The notes beneath the pieces are model-generated. The model had not been told where the DNA came from, did not search any database, and saw nothing but the letters and a program-made list of their open reading frames with translations. The position numbers were made by a program, and so were the translations under genes. A stretch of 61,805 bases of DNA, from the NCBI GenBank assembly GCA_049317285.1, contig JBMOIO010000001.1, forward strand, positions 86,388-148,192, read 5' to 3'. Positions 9,140 to 19,256 of this stretch are shown piece by piece. Within the stretch, counting starts at the first letter, position 1, and the number at the start of each line of letters is the position of its first letter. The DNA is from Minisyncoccia bacterium (GTDB taxonomy: Bacteria; Patescibacteriota; Minisyncoccia; Phycocordibacterales; UBA9973).

Positions 9140-9628
9140 TTAGCTCTTTTGCTTTGCTACCTCGTTTACGCCAATAGCCAAACGCTGCATCGGACTCTTG
9201 AGCAAGAATGCGATCTGTGAAAGGAGTACTTCGCGCGTAGGGATAGTTGCAATAGAGAGCATCGCCTCTTTGTCCTTGTATTCCCCTGAAAAGACTCCGC
9301 CCACGATAGTGACCGCGCCTTTTGTGGATTTCTGAAATTCGTAGATTTCGCGTGCTGGTGCAAGTGCATCAGTTGAATACGCGATAGCGATTTCACCGTT
9401 GAGCTCTGGAAGCTCGCCTGTGTAGCCACGTTCTTGAAGTACTCGCTTAAGAAGGGTTTTCTTCCCTACCTTGTAGCCGACATCAGCTGCCCGAAGCGCA
9501 CGGCGAACCGCGTTACTTGTAGCGACAGTGAGCTTGTCGAACTGTACGAATACGACGCCCTCGGAAGAGCCAAGAATATCAGAAAAAGAAGAAACAATAG
9601 ACTGCTTTTTCTCTTTTGAAATTGCCAT
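9140..9628 (-). CDS. rplJ: 50S ribosomal protein L10
   Basis: 162 aa, located directly upstream of rplL, with L10-like sequence (MAISKEKKQSIVSSFSDILG...VATSNAVRRALRAADVGYKVGKKTLL). Confidence 0.93.
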   Translation of the reverse strand: MAISKEKKQSIVSSFSDILGSSEGVVFVQFDKLTVATSNAVRRALRAADVGYKVGKKTLLKRVLQERGYTGELPELNGEIAIAYSTDALAPAREIYEFQKSTKGAVTIVGGVFSGEYKDKEAMLSIATIPTREVLLSQIAFLLKSPMQRLAIGVNEVAKQKS

Positions 9629-9749
9629 AATATGAATTATTTAATGTACGTGTAGATAAAGTGAGAATTCGACCTCGGCAGGGCTTATAGTGCCTGCTGT
9701 CTTCGACCTACACTGGAGAGTACTATACTAAAATCGCCCCGAAAGTCAA
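9629..9749 (-). promoter_or_regulatory. rplJ promoter (TTGACT-16 nt-TATAGT, 9722-9749) plus a structured leader of about 90 nt (possible L10 autoregulatory leader)
   Basis: Minus strand reads aTTGACTttcggggcgattttagTATAGT. In the leader, GUGUAG...CUACAC closes a stem, there is an inner GCAGGC/GCCCUGC hairpin, and AGGUCGAA occurs twice. Confidence 0.4.
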
Positions 9750-9750
9750 T

Positions 9751-10218
9751 CTATGGAGTGACCGTGATCAGTCCTCCTGATGCAGTACCATCACAGCTGA
9801 TGTAATACTTTCCTTGTAGATTTATAGCAACAAGAGCGTGGTTGTTAGCGGAGATAGTATACGCACGGCCGTCGATTGAAATACTGCGTTCAGTGTTTGT
9901 TTTGTTGTTAAACACCACTACCGTTTTGCGCGGTACCGTAAGTCTGTCTGGATACGCCTGACACGTATCGTCAAAGCTCATTGTCTTGTTTTCATATTCA
10001 GCAAGTATTTCTTCTCGTGAACGATCTGAAGAAGTTATTGGTGCAATGACAGAACTCAATGGAAAAAGACCTCCTTGCTCATCGGTTACTACCTGGTGAG
10101 GTTTGTCTAAAAATACAATTGGACTCTGCAGTCGCACATATCGGATACCAAAAGCAAGCGCAGTCGCAACCAGTACAATACTGAGAGCTATGATGATGAT
10201 AACGGCTCGCTTATGCAT
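9751..10218 (-). CDS. membrane-anchored hypothetical protein, paralog of the next gene
   Basis: 155 aa with an N-terminal TM helix. The C-terminal beta-rich domain ends ...GKYYISCDGTASGGLITVTP, comparable to ...GTYSISCDEQKDLASLTVE in its neighbour. Confidence 0.6.
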   Translation of the reverse strand: MHKRAVIIIIALSIVLVATALAFGIRYVRLQSPIVFLDKPHQVVTDEQGGLFPLSSVIAPITSSDRSREEILAEYENKTMSFDDTCQAYPDRLTVPRKTVVVFNNKTNTERSISIDGRAYTISANNHALVAINLQGKYYISCDGTASGGLITVTP

Positions 10219-10222
10219 GTGA

Positions 10223-10741
10223 TTACTCTACAGTAAGGCTCGCGAGATCCTTCTGTTCGTCGCAGCTAATAGAGTATGTTCCCGCAGTCTTAATGCGAAG
10301 CGTTTTATAGTGACGCTCTCCGACAATGTATGAATCAGTGCCTACAGTAAAGGTACGAGGTTCATCAGTCGCATTTACCAACAGCGCATGTTCCCCTGCT
10401 TTAACAGTAGTGGTCTTAGGGTCAGGAACGCATGCACCAGAGAAGGTGATAGTCTTTCCTGTATTAGCATCGATTGCAGCGAGGTATGCCGCTTCGCCTG
10501 ATGGATATGAGTTTGTGCGAGGCTGTGTCGTTGTTTCATTTTCAGCTTCTACCAAGGTAGTTTCTTCTTCTACTGGAGCTTTTGGAGCATTCGTTATGCG
10601 AGGGAGCATGACAGCGAGGACGACTACAACAATGATCGCTCCAAGAGCAATAAGGAGGTTTTTGTTGTTCTGTATAAAGGTTTGTCTGTTGTTATTCTGT
10701 GTCATATGCCTCCATTCTAGCAAACTCACGGTAAAAGGCAT
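10223..10741 (-). CDS. membrane-anchored hypothetical protein, paralog of 9751-10218
   Basis: 172 aa (alternative ATG at 10705), with a TM helix followed by a cupredoxin-like beta domain. No metal ligands are evident. Confidence 0.6.
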   Translation of the reverse strand: MPFTVSLLEWRHMTQNNNRQTFIQNNKNLLIALGAIIVVVVLAVMLPRITNAPKAPVEEETTLVEAENETTTQPRTNSYPSGEAAYLAAIDANTGKTITFSGACVPDPKTTTVKAGEHALLVNATDEPRTFTVGTDSYIVGERHYKTLRIKTAGTYSISCDEQKDLASLTVE

Positions 10742-10743
10742 GA

Positions 10744-10771
10744 TTTACAAAATACAAAAAAGTTATATAAT
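10744..10771 (+). promoter_or_regulatory. promoter giving a probably leaderless mRNA for the priming glycosyltransferase
   Basis: TTTACA-16 nt-TATAAT, with the ATG (10778) only 6 nt after the -10 element. Confidence 0.5.
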
Positions 10772-10777
10772 ATTACC

Positions 10778-12055
10778 ATGATTCAGCACCGCCGACTCGT
10801 CCTTCTGCTGGGAGACTGCCTTGCGCTTACCCTCTCGCTCCTGTTGATGACCTCTCTGCGTTTTGACCGGGCAAGCGAGTATTCGACTATCCTTTTTCAA
10901 CAGAAACTCTTTACCCTCCTCTTTATTATCTGGCTGGTCGTCTTTTTCATTTTCGACCTGTACAATATTCGCCGTGTAAACCCAAACCCTCGCAATATCG
11001 GACTACTCATTACCGCTATGGCGATAAACATACTTTTAGGACTTGCCTTTTTCTATCTCTCTCCTCAAGAAAGCATCAATCCAAAAACGAACCTTGCTCT
11101 TGTCGGGGTATTTTCTTTCCTTATCCTCTTTGCATGGCGCCGTCTGTTCTATCATCTCTTCACTGTCCACTTTACCCGAAGGATTGCAATCATCGGTACT
11201 AGTCCACTATTTGCCCACCTCATTGCTGAACTCGCGTCTAACCGCCAGCTCGGCACGGTTGTGTACACATGGGAAACGGTTCCTGAAACAGCGCCTGCTG
11301 AACCTATTGATATTCTCATCACTGAACAGCTCGATCCGCACAACCTTCTCGCTTTCACTCGCACACTTGGGGCCGAAGTCATGTCGCTCTCTGAGGCGTA
11401 CGAGACGCTTTTTGCAAAAATCCCCCTTGAGCTTATGACTGATGAAAAGGCTATTGAATATATGTCTCGCACAAGCAATATCGGACTTCACTTTGTCTAC
11501 CGAGTTTTTGAAATACTCTTCGCTGTATCAGTCCTTATCATCATGTCTCCCTTATTACTTGTCGCAGTTATTGCGCGATATATCGAAGACGGCTCCCCGG
11601 TCTTTTTCAACCACACCCGCGTCGGCAAAAACGGGATGCTCTTTACTCTCTACAAACTGCGCTCTATGACTAAAGATGCTGAGAAAGACGGGGCGCAATG
11701 GGCAACGCAAAAAGACGCACGAATCACCCGACTCGGCCGTATTCTCCGAAAGACCCATATCGATGAAGTTCCTCAGATGATAAATATCATCAAGGGCGAC
11801 ATTGCACTTGTAGGACCGCGCCCCGAGCGCCCTGAATTTGTCTCAAGTCTTGAAGCATCTGTCCCTTACTACTTTCTTCGCCACAGCATCCGCCCAGGCT
11901 TTACTGGGTGGGCGCAGATCAAATACCGCTATGCGCGCAGTGTCGACGATTCTCAGGAAAAGTTTGAATACGATCTGTACTATATTAAAAACGGAAGCCC
12001 ACTTTTGGATATTGGTATCGTACTAAAGACATTCCACATTATTTTCACGCACTAA
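10778..12055 (+). CDS. polyprenyl-phosphate phosphoglycosyl transferase (WbaP/EpsL-type 'bacterial sugar transferase')
   Basis: 425 aa with N-terminal TM helices. The C-terminal motif is LYKLRSM...ITRLGRILRKTHIDEVPQMINIIKGDIALVGPRPERPEF. Confidence 0.9.
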   Translation: MIQHRRLVLLLGDCLALTLSLLLMTSLRFDRASEYSTILFQQKLFTLLFIIWLVVFFIFDLYNIRRVNPNPRNIGLLITAMAINILLGLAFFYLSPQESINPKTNLALVGVFSFLILFAWRRLFYHLFTVHFTRRIAIIGTSPLFAHLIAELASNRQLGTVVYTWETVPETAPAEPIDILITEQLDPHNLLAFTRTLGAEVMSLSEAYETLFAKIPLELMTDEKAIEYMSRTSNIGLHFVYRVFEILFAVSVLIIMSPLLLVAVIARYIEDGSPVFFNHTRVGKNGMLFTLYKLRSMTKDAEKDGAQWATQKDARITRLGRILRKTHIDEVPQMINIIKGDIALVGPRPERPEFVSSLEASVPYYFLRHSIRPGFTGWAQIKYRYARSVDDSQEKFEYDLYYIKNGSPLLDIGIVLKTFHIIFTH

Positions 12056-12059
12056 CTAT

Positions 12060-13526
12060 ATGATGCAACGCATTAAGAATTTTCTTTTCAAAAACACTAG
12101 CGATAAACAAACAGTGGTAAAAAATACTTTCTGGCTCTTTCTTGGAGAAGTAGTGGGGCGTCTTTTGAAATTGGCCCTCATTATTTATACCGCGCGAGTA
12201 CTAGGAGCAGAAGGATGGGGTGTATTTTCATACGCCTTATCCCTTGCTTCACTCTTGATGGTTTTTTCGGATGTGGGAATTACAGGACTTATTACGAGAG
12301 AAATTATACAAAAAAAGAAAGATTTCTCAGTTTTTATTTCGACTGCATTACTTGCAAAAACTATTTTTTTATTCGCAAGCACATTGTTAGTACTCTTTGC
12401 GGGTCCATTTCTTTCTCACATTCCCGAAGCACGAGTACTCTTCCCTCTTTTCGCAATCGTTCTCTTCTTTGATGCTGCGCGGGATCTTATATTGGCGATA
12501 AACATTGCTTTTGAAAAAATGGAAAAGGATATGCTTGTAAAAACAAGTATGGGTGTCATAACCCTTATTCTTGGAGTTATTTTGTTGCGCATAGAAGTTG
12601 CTCCGATTTCTGTGGCAATTGCTTATGCAGTTGGTAGTACTGTCGGATGCGTTATGGCATTTCTCATTATTAAAAAAGATCTTAAGGGATTATTTTCTAA
12701 AAGTAACAGCCGTACACTGCGTCTTGTACTGCAGACCACATGGCCCTTTGCTATAGTTACACTTATTGGCATCATTACAGGAGCCACTGACGTATATATG
12801 CTTGGTATATGGAGAGACCCCACAGAAATTGGTCTCTACACCTCAGCGCAAAGAATTCAACAATTTATTATAATAATCCCCATCATGCTAGGAACAGCAG
12901 TCTTTCCTTTATTATCCCGATTAGTTAACACTGATAATAATCAATTTGGAATAGTTCTAGAAAAAACACTTTCATTTGTCTTTGCAATGGGGATACCAAT
13001 AGTGTGTGGCGGTATTCTGCTCTCCAGTGAAATAATGACGTTTCTTTTTGGAACAAGCTATGTAAATGCGGGGCCCCTCCTGCAAATGCTTATGGTTTCC
13101 CTCTTAGCCTCTCTCCCGCTGGCAATACTCTCAAATTCAATTTTTGCCCATAATGGCCAAAAAAATATTGCCATTGCATATCTGTCAGGTTTGGGTATAA
13201 ACATCCTCTTAAATATATTCCTTATTCCACAATATGGGGCGTTGGGGGCTGCATTTGCAACAGTTCTTTCAACAACAATAATAACCGTGATTATTTGGAG
13301 TAAGCTTAAAAACATACAGCGCTTTGAGATACTTCCTAGACTTAAAAAAGTTTTTCTCTCTACTGCTAGTATGATAATTTCTATACTTCTTTTAAAACAG
13401 ATTGATTTGCATGTGGTAATAACAATACTCATTTCCTCTTTTGTTTATATAGGCTCTCTACTGCTCCTTAAAGAATCGATACTATCCGAAGCGCGCTCAC
13501 TGCTTAACAATAAATCTCTTGTATAA
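12060..13526 (+). CDS. Wzx-like oligosaccharide flippase (MOP superfamily)
   Basis: 488 aa with about 12-14 predicted TM helices and a typical polysaccharide-biosynthesis-protein N-terminus (NTFWLFLGEVVGRLLKL...). Confidence 0.8.
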   Translation: MMQRIKNFLFKNTSDKQTVVKNTFWLFLGEVVGRLLKLALIIYTARVLGAEGWGVFSYALSLASLLMVFSDVGITGLITREIIQKKKDFSVFISTALLAKTIFLFASTLLVLFAGPFLSHIPEARVLFPLFAIVLFFDAARDLILAINIAFEKMEKDMLVKTSMGVITLILGVILLRIEVAPISVAIAYAVGSTVGCVMAFLIIKKDLKGLFSKSNSRTLRLVLQTTWPFAIVTLIGIITGATDVYMLGIWRDPTEIGLYTSAQRIQQFIIIIPIMLGTAVFPLLSRLVNTDNNQFGIVLEKTLSFVFAMGIPIVCGGILLSSEIMTFLFGTSYVNAGPLLQMLMVSLLASLPLAILSNSIFAHNGQKNIAIAYLSGLGINILLNIFLIPQYGALGAAFATVLSTTIITVIIWSKLKNIQRFEILPRLKKVFLSTASMIISILLLKQIDLHVVITILISSFVYIGSLLLLKESILSEARSLLNNKSLV

Positions 13527-13533
13527 TAATTCT

Positions 13534-14304
13534 ATGCCCACGATCAGTATTTGCATCCCCACTTATGAAATGAAAGGTCTTGGAACAAAGTTTTTAAGGG
13601 AAAGTTTTGATATTCTTACACAGCAAACCTTCAAAGATTTTGACATAGTTATATCAGACCACTCAAAAGATGATTCAATAAAAAACCTTTGCGAAGAATA
13701 TAGCCCTATACTGACAATTCACTATTACCGAAACGATGAAAACAGAGGCAGCTCTTCAGCTAATATAAACAATGCTATCAGGCATGCAACGGGTGGATTG
13801 ATAAAAATACTGTTTCAAGATGATTTTCTCTTTCACGAAAGAGCGCTCGAGGAAATTGTAGAACATTTTGATATACAAAAAGACCACTGGCTCCTTACCG
13901 GCTGTACACACTCTTGTGATGGTGTACATTTTTTTAACCCCCTTTTTCCAAAAGTAAACTCTATTAGTTCACTCTGGATAAAGACGGTCTATAGTTCCCC
14001 TTCCACTCTTACAATAAAAAATACAGCGCCTTTGTTGTTCGACGAAAGTTTACTGTGGCTTATGGACAGCGATTATTACAGACGCTATCATGACACATTT
14101 GGTGAGCCTAAAATTCTTAAGACTATCAATGTCGTAAACCGCGTTGGCGCCCATCAGATAACAAACAGTTTGGCAACCGAAAATATCAAAAGAGATGAGT
14201 ATGTGCGCGTGCTAAAGAAACATGAGCATGGTATTAATTTCTGGTATTATAGAATTATTGGGCTTATGAAAAATGTGCTCAAATCACTCTTTTTTTGGAA
14301 ATGA
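13534..14304 (+). CDS. family 2 glycosyltransferase
   Basis: MPTISICIPTYEM...QTFKDFDIVISDHSKDDS. The track ORF starts at a TTG at 13519, and the ATG at 13534 is the likelier start. Confidence 0.85.
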   Translation: MPTISICIPTYEMKGLGTKFLRESFDILTQQTFKDFDIVISDHSKDDSIKNLCEEYSPILTIHYYRNDENRGSSSANINNAIRHATGGLIKILFQDDFLFHERALEEIVEHFDIQKDHWLLTGCTHSCDGVHFFNPLFPKVNSISSLWIKTVYSSPSTLTIKNTAPLLFDESLLWLMDSDYYRRYHDTFGEPKILKTINVVNRVGAHQITNSLATENIKRDEYVRVLKKHEHGINFWYYRIIGLMKNVLKSLFFWK

Positions 14305-14972
14305 AAACTCTCTCAACAGTCACTCTCTGCGCAGTCAGCAGTATAAAAATAGATGAAACAATCCAAGCGCTGAAGAAAAGCATGCGGGGCATTGCGTATG
14401 CAAAAGTACTCCTTATCACCCATGAAAAAATTTCTCTTAGCCATATCGGCATAACAGTGATCACCATAGAGAAGCTCGACTACAATGCCTACAGTCATTT
14501 TATTGTGTACCGCCTAAAGGATTATATCGATACTGATTTTGTCTTACTTGTTCAATATGATGGATATGTACTACATCCCAAGAAATGGAGTGATACATTT
14601 TTACAGTACGACTATATCGGCTCTCCGTGGCCAAAAAATCTTCATTTTATGGCTGATGGCACAAATGTTCGTGTTGGGAATGGAGGGTTTTCTCTGCGAA
14701 GCAAAAAACTATTACATCTTCCCTCCGAACTCAACCTCCCTTTTACTGACGGAGGGACAGGATTCTTTCACGAAGACGGGGTTATTTGCCTGTATTATAG
14801 AAAAGTTCTCGAGAGCGCCGGCATACAGTATGCCCCTATTGAAATTGCATCGCGATTCGGAAGAGAACGGTGGTGCCCAGATTCAACACTCTTTCCTTTT
14901 GGATTCCATAACGGGCGCACGCTGCGCAAGTCATTTAAAAAATTATTGCGTACACTCCATTTACATTCATGA
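14301..14972 (+). CDS. DUF5672-like putative glycosyltransferase
   Basis: MKTLSTVTLCAVSS...VGNGGFSLRSKKLL pattern. The ATGA overlaps the upstream stop. Confidence 0.65.
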   Translation: MKTLSTVTLCAVSSIKIDETIQALKKSMRGIAYAKVLLITHEKISLSHIGITVITIEKLDYNAYSHFIVYRLKDYIDTDFVLLVQYDGYVLHPKKWSDTFLQYDYIGSPWPKNLHFMADGTNVRVGNGGFSLRSKKLLHLPSELNLPFTDGGTGFFHEDGVICLYYRKVLESAGIQYAPIEIASRFGRERWCPDSTLFPFGFHNGRTLRKSFKKLLRTLHLHS

Positions 14973-15973
14973 TCACCACAGAACTTTACAACGGACAAGG
15001 ACTCGGGAATCAACTATGGTGCTATGTTACTGTGCGGTGCATCGCCCTTGCGCGTGGGTATGAATTTGGTATCGGGGCGCCTGAAAAATTCAAAGCTAAG
15101 GAATTTATGAACCTCGACTTTGGCAATACTGTTGTGGGCGGAAGTGGGCCGGAAGGTGGGCCCCCTACTCTATTACCCACAGATATTATGCACTACTATC
15201 GTGAACAAGAGCTCCGTCATCCTCACACAGGTGCTGACATACGCCTCTACGACCCGAATCTGTTTTCAATAGAAGACCACACCAAAATCGACGGGGTTAT
15301 GCAGGGAGAAGCATACATTGGTCCATATAAAGAATCTATACGAGAATGGCTTTCAATACATCCCTCCGACAAGTATCTTCATTTTTCTTCGGACGACATC
15401 TGCATTATTAACTTTCGTGGTGGCGAATATGCCCGCAATGCCGACCTGTTGCTTCCCCGGAAATATTGGGAAGATGCTGTTACACATATGAGAGATGAGA
15501 ACCCGGGTATGCGCTTTGTGGTTATAACAGATGACGAAAAAACCGCACAGTATTTTTTTCCTGATTTTGAAGTCCATCATTTTGGCATAGCAGAAGATTA
15601 CACAATCATTCATCGGGCAAAATACCTTATTGTTTCAAATTCAAGTTTTGCGTGGTTTGCAGCATGGCTCTCCACTGACCTTATACGATGTATTGCTCCT
15701 AAATATTGGGCACGTCATGCCATTTCTGACGGATACTGGAGCCTGGGCACTAGTATTACAACAGGGTGGGAATACCTCGATCGAGAGGGCAAGCTTTTTG
15801 ATTATAAGACATGTGTAGAAGAATTTGGAGTATACCAATCACTTCACCCAGAACTCTACAGTGCGAGCAATACAATACCTCCCCATCAGACACACCAAAG
15901 CATTTTTCGACAAGCTATCAAATTCCTCCTACCGAACAGTGTAATTAGATACCTCAAAAAACGGTTATCCTGA
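14969..15973 (+). CDS. GT11-like (alpha-1,2-fucosyltransferase-like) glycosyltransferase, divergent
   Basis: The N-terminus GQGLGNQLW, the motif INFRGGEY and LIVSNSSFAWFAAWLS parallel the GT11 motifs of the 21427-22305 gene. Confidence 0.6.
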   Translation: MITTELYNGQGLGNQLWCYVTVRCIALARGYEFGIGAPEKFKAKEFMNLDFGNTVVGGSGPEGGPPTLLPTDIMHYYREQELRHPHTGADIRLYDPNLFSIEDHTKIDGVMQGEAYIGPYKESIREWLSIHPSDKYLHFSSDDICIINFRGGEYARNADLLLPRKYWEDAVTHMRDENPGMRFVVITDDEKTAQYFFPDFEVHHFGIAEDYTIIHRAKYLIVSNSSFAWFAAWLSTDLIRCIAPKYWARHAISDGYWSLGTSITTGWEYLDREGKLFDYKTCVEEFGVYQSLHPELYSASNTIPPHQTHQSIFRQAIKFLLPNSVIRYLKKRLS

Positions 15974-16033
15974 AATTTACAATACATACTCCCTACTATA
16001 TAATGAACGGATTATTGTATTCAGCCTTTTTCC

Positions 16034-16789
16034 ATGAGAACCCTCGATGAAATTGCACTTACTTATGGCACTGACAAATCCAGTACCTTTCATAACTATA
16101 CCGAAAAATACGACCACTACTTTTCTGTAATGCGAAACAGTACCATACGCATTCTTGAGATAGGTATCCAAAACGGCTATTCATTAAAAACTTGGAAAGA
16201 GTATTTTCCAAATGCCGAGATCTATGGCATCGACATTGTTGATTGTACTCTCATGGACGAACCGCGTATCAAAACACTTATAGGTAGCCAAAATGATACT
16301 ACATTTCTAAAGCAAGTTCAGGAACAGTATGGTCCATTTGATATCATCATCGATGATGGCTCGCATTACAGCACTGATATGAAAATTTCACTGGACACCC
16401 TTTTTCCATATCTCAAACAGGGAGGACTATATGTTGTCGAAGATCTTCATTGCTGTTATTGGCCAGAATTTTCTGACGGGGGTACGGCATTTATGAGTCG
16501 GTTGAAACAACTAATGGACTCTGTAAATGGTAATGGTAAATGGGGGTTCGCATCGATCCAAAATCAAGATCGTGACATGGTATTTCAAGAGCAAAAATTT
16601 GGCAAACCTGACTGGTGGGCAAAACATGTTGAATATGTCCACCTCTATCGAAGTATTGTGTTTATCAAAAAATATACTCAAAGCAGTACTGATATACCTA
16701 AACAGTCAACTACTATACTCTGGGTACCATATGCATGGCGATTAATAGGTAAGATATGGAGAAAAAGTATCAAACTAATTAGAGGGTAA
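16034..16789 (+). CDS. class I SAM-dependent methyltransferase
   Basis: ILEIGIQNGYSLKTWKEYFPNAEIYGIDI ... IIIDDGSH, a Rossmann-type SAM-binding pattern. Confidence 0.7.
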   Translation: MRTLDEIALTYGTDKSSTFHNYTEKYDHYFSVMRNSTIRILEIGIQNGYSLKTWKEYFPNAEIYGIDIVDCTLMDEPRIKTLIGSQNDTTFLKQVQEQYGPFDIIIDDGSHYSTDMKISLDTLFPYLKQGGLYVVEDLHCCYWPEFSDGGTAFMSRLKQLMDSVNGNGKWGFASIQNQDRDMVFQEQKFGKPDWWAKHVEYVHLYRSIVFIKKYTQSSTDIPKQSTTILWVPYAWRLIGKIWRKSIKLIRG

Positions 16790-16793
16790 TACA

Positions 16794-17786
16794 ATGACTA
16801 TTATTGAAAGACTGCAACGAAGATTAAAACGAATGGTGCTACTTCCAATACATCAGCTATTTTCGAGAACACTGCGACCAATTACCTCCCCTGCAATGCT
16901 CCAAGAAATCCTCGCATACCGAAAAGACATCACTATTTATGACGCGTTTATTTTTTTTAACGAACTCGAAACATTAGAACTGCGGCTCAATATTCTAGAC
17001 CCGTATGTTGATTTTTTTGTTGTCGTCGAGTGTACAGAGACATTTTCGGGTATACCAAAAAAATTATATTTTAAGGATAATATCGATCGCTTTGAGAAAT
17101 TTCGACACAAGATACTACATTATATTGTCGATGATGCTCCTATAGATAGAGCCGAATTGGAACAACGCCTTCAATTCAAACAGCTTACTAACCTTGAGCA
17201 AAAAATAATTATTGAGTCACTTACAAATAGCAATGTACCTCGTGGTCAAGATATGTGGCTTCGAGAATTTTACCAACGGGAATCCATTAAAAAGGCTCTT
17301 GTAGGTGTACGTGATACTGATTTTTGTTTCATTTCAGATGTTGACGAGATCTGGAACCCAGAAATAATAATAGACTATGCTGCAAATTGCATCTATAAAT
17401 TTAACCAGACTGTCTATGCCTACTACCTCAACAATCGCTCAAGCGAACCTTGGGCTGGTACATTCGCTACTTCTTACGGACGAATCAAAAACCATTGTCT
17501 CAATAACATGCGTGACGCTGCAAAAACCTCATACACCTATATCAATAACGGTGGCTGGCATTTTACCAACCAAGGAGGTATCGAGCGCATTAAGAGCAAA
17601 ATTGAATCATATAGTCATCAAGAATTTAATACTGCCACGATAAAATCAGATATAGAAAAAAACATAAAAGAAAACAAAGATTTTGTTGGACGATCCTATA
17701 CTTTTTCAATCGATGAATCTGGACTACCTAGCTATCTCCTGGCAAATAAAGGCAAGTACAAAGAATACTTTCGCCAACTCCCTTAG
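16794..17786 (+). CDS. GT17-like glycosyltransferase (beta-1,4-mannosyl-glycoprotein GlcNAc-transferase family homolog)
   Basis: IYDAFIFFNELETLELRLNILDPYVDFFVVVECTETFSGIPKKLYF is the hallmark N-terminal block of bacterial GT17 homologs. Confidence 0.7.
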   Translation: MTIIERLQRRLKRMVLLPIHQLFSRTLRPITSPAMLQEILAYRKDITIYDAFIFFNELETLELRLNILDPYVDFFVVVECTETFSGIPKKLYFKDNIDRFEKFRHKILHYIVDDAPIDRAELEQRLQFKQLTNLEQKIIIESLTNSNVPRGQDMWLREFYQRESIKKALVGVRDTDFCFISDVDEIWNPEIIIDYAANCIYKFNQTVYAYYLNNRSSEPWAGTFATSYGRIKNHCLNNMRDAAKTSYTYINNGGWHFTNQGGIERIKSKIESYSHQEFNTATIKSDIEKNIKENKDFVGRSYTFSIDESGLPSYLLANKGKYKEYFRQLP

Positions 17787-18478
17787 CTTTTTTGAGCGAT
17801 ACAAATAATAAATTCCTTGGTTACATTTGCCTTAGAGATAGCGGGCCAGCTATAACTTTGATAGAAGAAAACAGGATTTGTAAATCCATGTTGGAAAAGC
17901 AGTGTTGTAATTTTTTGTTCGTCAATACAAAATGTTTTATGGAAGCGTAACGAATTTTTGTCCTTTTTTTGCATATAGGGAGTTGAGAGTATCAACCTAC
18001 CCCCTTTTTTAAGCGACGTATTAAAAATAGTTAATACTGTATTAATATCATCCTCCACAAAATGTTCAATTGTCTCAAACGAAACAATGCAGTCAAACTC
18101 TTCTTTAAAATTGAGTTTCAACAAATCTGCTTCCTTAAAGCTCAGATTTTTAATTGTATGATATTTTTGTGTAATATTTGCAATAACCCGCTTATCAATA
18201 TCCGCCCCAACAACACTTTTTGCCTTTTGAGCAAGAATAACACTTCCATAACCAGTTCCACAGGCAAAATCACCAACCGTCTCTCCACTTTCTATGTGGG
18301 AGCTTGCAAATTGATAACGCTTGAGATGACACTTCTCATTATCACTTAGTAATAGTGGTGAAGTAAAAACCATATCAACTCGTTCCCCTCCATTTTCAAG
18401 TGTAAAAAAGACATTCTTAATCTTTTTAAGAAAAAAGTCGAAGTATTTCTTTGGTTGGAGATATTTTGAGTTGCTCAT
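17783..18478 (-). CDS. class I SAM-dependent methyltransferase
   Basis: VGDFACGTGYGSVILAQKAKSVVGADID (motif I) ... FDCIVSFETIEH. Confidence 0.8.
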   Translation of the reverse strand: MSNSKYLQPKKYFDFFLKKIKNVFFTLENGGERVDMVFTSPLLLSDNEKCHLKRYQFASSHIESGETVGDFACGTGYGSVILAQKAKSVVGADIDKRVIANITQKYHTIKNLSFKEADLLKLNFKEEFDCIVSFETIEHFVEDDINTVLTIFNTSLKKGGRLILSTPYMQKKDKNSLRFHKTFCIDEQKITTLLFQHGFTNPVFFYQSYSWPAISKANVTKEFIICIAQKS

Positions 18479-19239
18479 TACTGCTTGATGATAAGACCTT
18501 GCCCTGTTGGAAGTGGTAGTACTACAGTATTGTGACGCGCTGCAAAATCAATATGTCCCCTGCGCTGTTCTTCATGCCCAGGAAAGCCATGATCGTCCAA
18601 TATAATCAACCCTCCCGGTACCATTTTATCCCAGAAAAACTCAAGTGCCTCAATTTCAGGCAATAGGCAGTTCATGTCAATCAATAGCAATGAAACCTTT
18701 GATGAGGGGACTTGCGAAAGTGTTTCAGGTACTGCACCTCTTACAATTATAACATTTTCAAATGGTGCAAAAGTATTTTTTACCATGCCATAAATATCGG
18801 TAGTGTACCCCATTTTTTCTGACCGAATCATCTCTTTTTCGGTACTATATGTTTCAGACATACCAGTATATGTATCCAATAAATAATATTTTTTATTGAC
18901 TGATTCAAAATTGATATAATCAATAATCATTCGAGCGATCATTCCTGTATTAACACCACACTCTACAAAATCCCCTTCAAGATTTTTCATCTGTTTTGCG
19001 GCCCATGCCACAATATATGCTCTCCATCTAAAGTCATAGTTATCCCATGATTCCTGCATCAACTCTTTACCTTTTGTATAGGCATTTGCAAAAGTAGGCT
19101 CATTGAGAAAATTCACGTTCACCGTAGTATACAAACAGTCCTCGGTATAGGTGAATTTGTCCCTAATAGCATAGCTCAACAGCCTTAGCTTTGGGAGTAT
19201 TGATTCTGGAATCATTTTTCTGAGTAGTCTAGTAATCAT
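18478..19239 (-). CDS. TylF/macrocin-O-methyltransferase-family sugar O-methyltransferase
   Basis: GDFVECGVNTGMIARMI ... LLLIDMNCLLPEIEALEFFWDKMVPGGLIILDDHG. Confidence 0.75.
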   Translation of the reverse strand: MITRLLRKMIPESILPKLRLLSYAIRDKFTYTEDCLYTTVNVNFLNEPTFANAYTKGKELMQESWDNYDFRWRAYIVAWAAKQMKNLEGDFVECGVNTGMIARMIIDYINFESVNKKYYLLDTYTGMSETYSTEKEMIRSEKMGYTTDIYGMVKNTFAPFENVIIVRGAVPETLSQVPSSKVSLLLIDMNCLLPEIEALEFFWDKMVPGGLIILDDHGFPGHEEQRRGHIDFAARHNTVVLPLPTGQGLIIKQ

Positions 19240-19256
19240 CGTGGGATTATATCATA

